From Antedon mediterranea (lineage: Eukaryota > Animalia > Echinodermata), in the NCBI RefSeq assembly GCF_964355755.1, contig NC_092673.1, positions 27,463,648 to 27,527,647 of the forward strand: a stretch of DNA of 64,000 bases, written 5' to 3'. The position numbers and the translations under genes are program-made. Each line of letters begins with the position of its first letter. Position 1 is the first letter of the stretch. This document shows positions 63,001 to 64,000 of the stretch, one piece after another. The notes below the pieces were generated by a model. It was not told the origin of the DNA and searched no databases. It saw nothing but the letters and a program-made list of their open reading frames with translations.

Positions 63001-63886
63001 GGAGTGCTTGCCAGGGTAAGAACCGGGTGTTGGGAATCGGGACTGTGTGGAGTGCTTGCCAGGGTAAGAACCGGGTGTTGGGAATCGGGACTGTGTGGAG
63101 TGCTTGCCAGGGTAAGAACCGGGTGTTGGGAATCGGGACTGTGTGGAGTGCTTGCCAGGGTAAGAACCGGGTGTTGGGAATCGGGACTGTGTGGAGTGCT
63201 TGCCAGGGTAAGAACCGGGTGTTGTGAATCGGGACTGTGTGGAGTGCTTGCCAGGGTAAGAACCGGGTGTTGGGAATCGGGACTGTGTGGAGTGCTTGCC
63301 AGGGTAAGAACCGGGTGTTGGGAATCGGGACTGTGTGGAGTGCTTGCCAGGGTAAGAACCGGGTGTTGGGAATCGGGACTGTGTGGAGTGCTTGCCAGGG
63401 TAAGAACCGGGTGTTGGGAATCGGGACTGTGTGGAGTGCTTGCCAGGGTAAGAACCGGGTGTTGGGAATCGGGACTGTGTGGAGTGCTTGCCAGGGAAGA
63501 ACCGGGTGTTGGGAATCGGGACTGTGTGGAGTGCTTGCCAGGGTAAGAACCGGAGCCAAAATTGAGCAAACAAGGGGCACAAAGTGTCCATATGATACTG
63601 AAAATGTGATATGCCCATAGATGGATATAATGATGTCATATGACTACCTTATTTGGAATATCACTACCATATTTGGGCACATCACTTTATTAGTTTTATA
63701 TATTTATGTAATATGCACCTATATTGTTATATTATTTTCTCCCAGTTTTTACAATCTAACAACTACTGGCTGTACGGCGTGTGAATGTGGAGTTGATGGC
63801 AGCCAGAATGAGACGTGCGATAATACAGGAAGCTGTTATTGCAAGGCTAATACCGTAAACGCAAAATGTGATACATGTAGGCCAAG
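48038..63886 (+). CDS. Divergent laminin beta-like protein (signal peptide, laminin N-terminal domain, LE repeats, domain IV-B-like region, more LE repeats); continues beyond the window
   Basis: Approximate exons 48038-48672, 52554-52757, 53201-53321, 53719-53886, 56408-56563, 57297-57409, 57989-58213, 58685-58833, 59188-59320, 60023-60131, 60694-60880, 61216-61365, 62049-62177, 62652-62775, 63746-63886. Motifs: CYP...[56 protein letters not shown], and several CxCxxxVxGxxCDxC repeats. Confidence 0.85.
49326..52513. mobile_element. 3.19-kb non-coding DNA element with perfect 32-bp TIRs (hAT- or P-like)
   Basis: CATTAGGCGCAGGAGCCCCGGATAGCGTTACG (49326-49357) has an exact reverse complement at 52482-52513. 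The flanks ATTTGTTA and ATCTGTTC match at 6 of 8 positions (degenerate 8-bp TSD). Confidence 0.8.
50305..51520. repeat. Satellite of 21-bp CAAATGGATAGCACATT(C/A)TTT units with about 85-bp higher-order units
   Basis: The tandem structure is directly visible inside the 32-bp-TIR element. Confidence 0.9.
57499..57909 (+). mobile_element. Non-autonomous element with an 18-bp inverted repeat pair and a terminal 38-bp-stem hairpin
   Basis: TTTTATCTCTTAGTGTAC (57499-57516) pairs with GTACACTAAGAGATAAAA (57772-57789). Hairpin arms are 57813-57850 and 57862-57899. Confidence 0.65.
60891..61108. mobile_element. MITE family C, copy 2 (about 30-bp TIR)
   Basis: CAAGGCAATCTAACAACAGGACACTGAGC ... GCTCAGCATCCTGTTGTTAAATTGCCTTG, with an inner IR GGCTGCGACA/TGTCGCAGCC. 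It starts about 10 nt after a splice donor. Confidence 0.75.
62733..63553 (+). repeat. 17 x 48-bp tandem array spanning a laminin exon end and its 5' splice site
   Basis: Unit AACCGGGTGTTGGGAATCGGGACTGTGTGGAGTGCTTGCCAGG|GTAAG. Units are near-identical, with one substitution at 63225 and one 1-nt deletion near 63497. Confidence 0.95.
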
Positions 63887-64000
63887 TAAGTAAAAAGTTA
63901 TAAAGTTATATGAGTATTTTTTGAGTTTAGGGTCTTATATGTGACTAATGTGAATAATTTATTCTTCTCGTACAAATCCTTAATATGAATCTAGTTGCTT

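Noticed and set aside
62616-63639. Long ORFs (177-317 aa) in several frames and a CRISPR-like periodic look
   Set aside because: They arise from a 48-bp tandem repeat. There are no unique spacers or cas genes and the context is a eukaryotic intron.

Overview
AT-rich, intron-dense animal genomic DNA. The gene and repeat content suggests a marine invertebrate deuterostome, probably an echinoderm (inference). Six host genes were reconstructed by eye from splice sites and recalled homology: the 3' part of GTF2H4 (+), DARS2 (-), INPP5E (+), a single-coding-exon RING-less TRIM/NHL gene (+), PMPCA (+) and the 5' part of a divergent laminin-beta-like gene (+). Introns and UTRs hold many MITEs, SINEs, foldback and Helentron-like elements and minisatellites. 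The main points of interest are: (1) a very young 5.8-kb non-autonomous Gypsy-type LTR element in the putative first intron of INPP5E, with a ComEA-like helix-hairpin-helix domain on Gag, a predicted -1 frameshift pseudoknot and a CTCF-like motif in each LTR; (2) recurrent TA->TAGGCCTA/TAGCCTA micro-insertions that look like transposon excision footprints and are densest near promoters; (3) tandem arrays that have multiplied a 5' splice site (17 x 48 bp) and a stop-codon region (about 8 x 64 bp); (4) a gene set whose human orthologues map to MHC-paralogon regions. All calls were made by eye without alignment tools, so boundaries may be off by a few bases.
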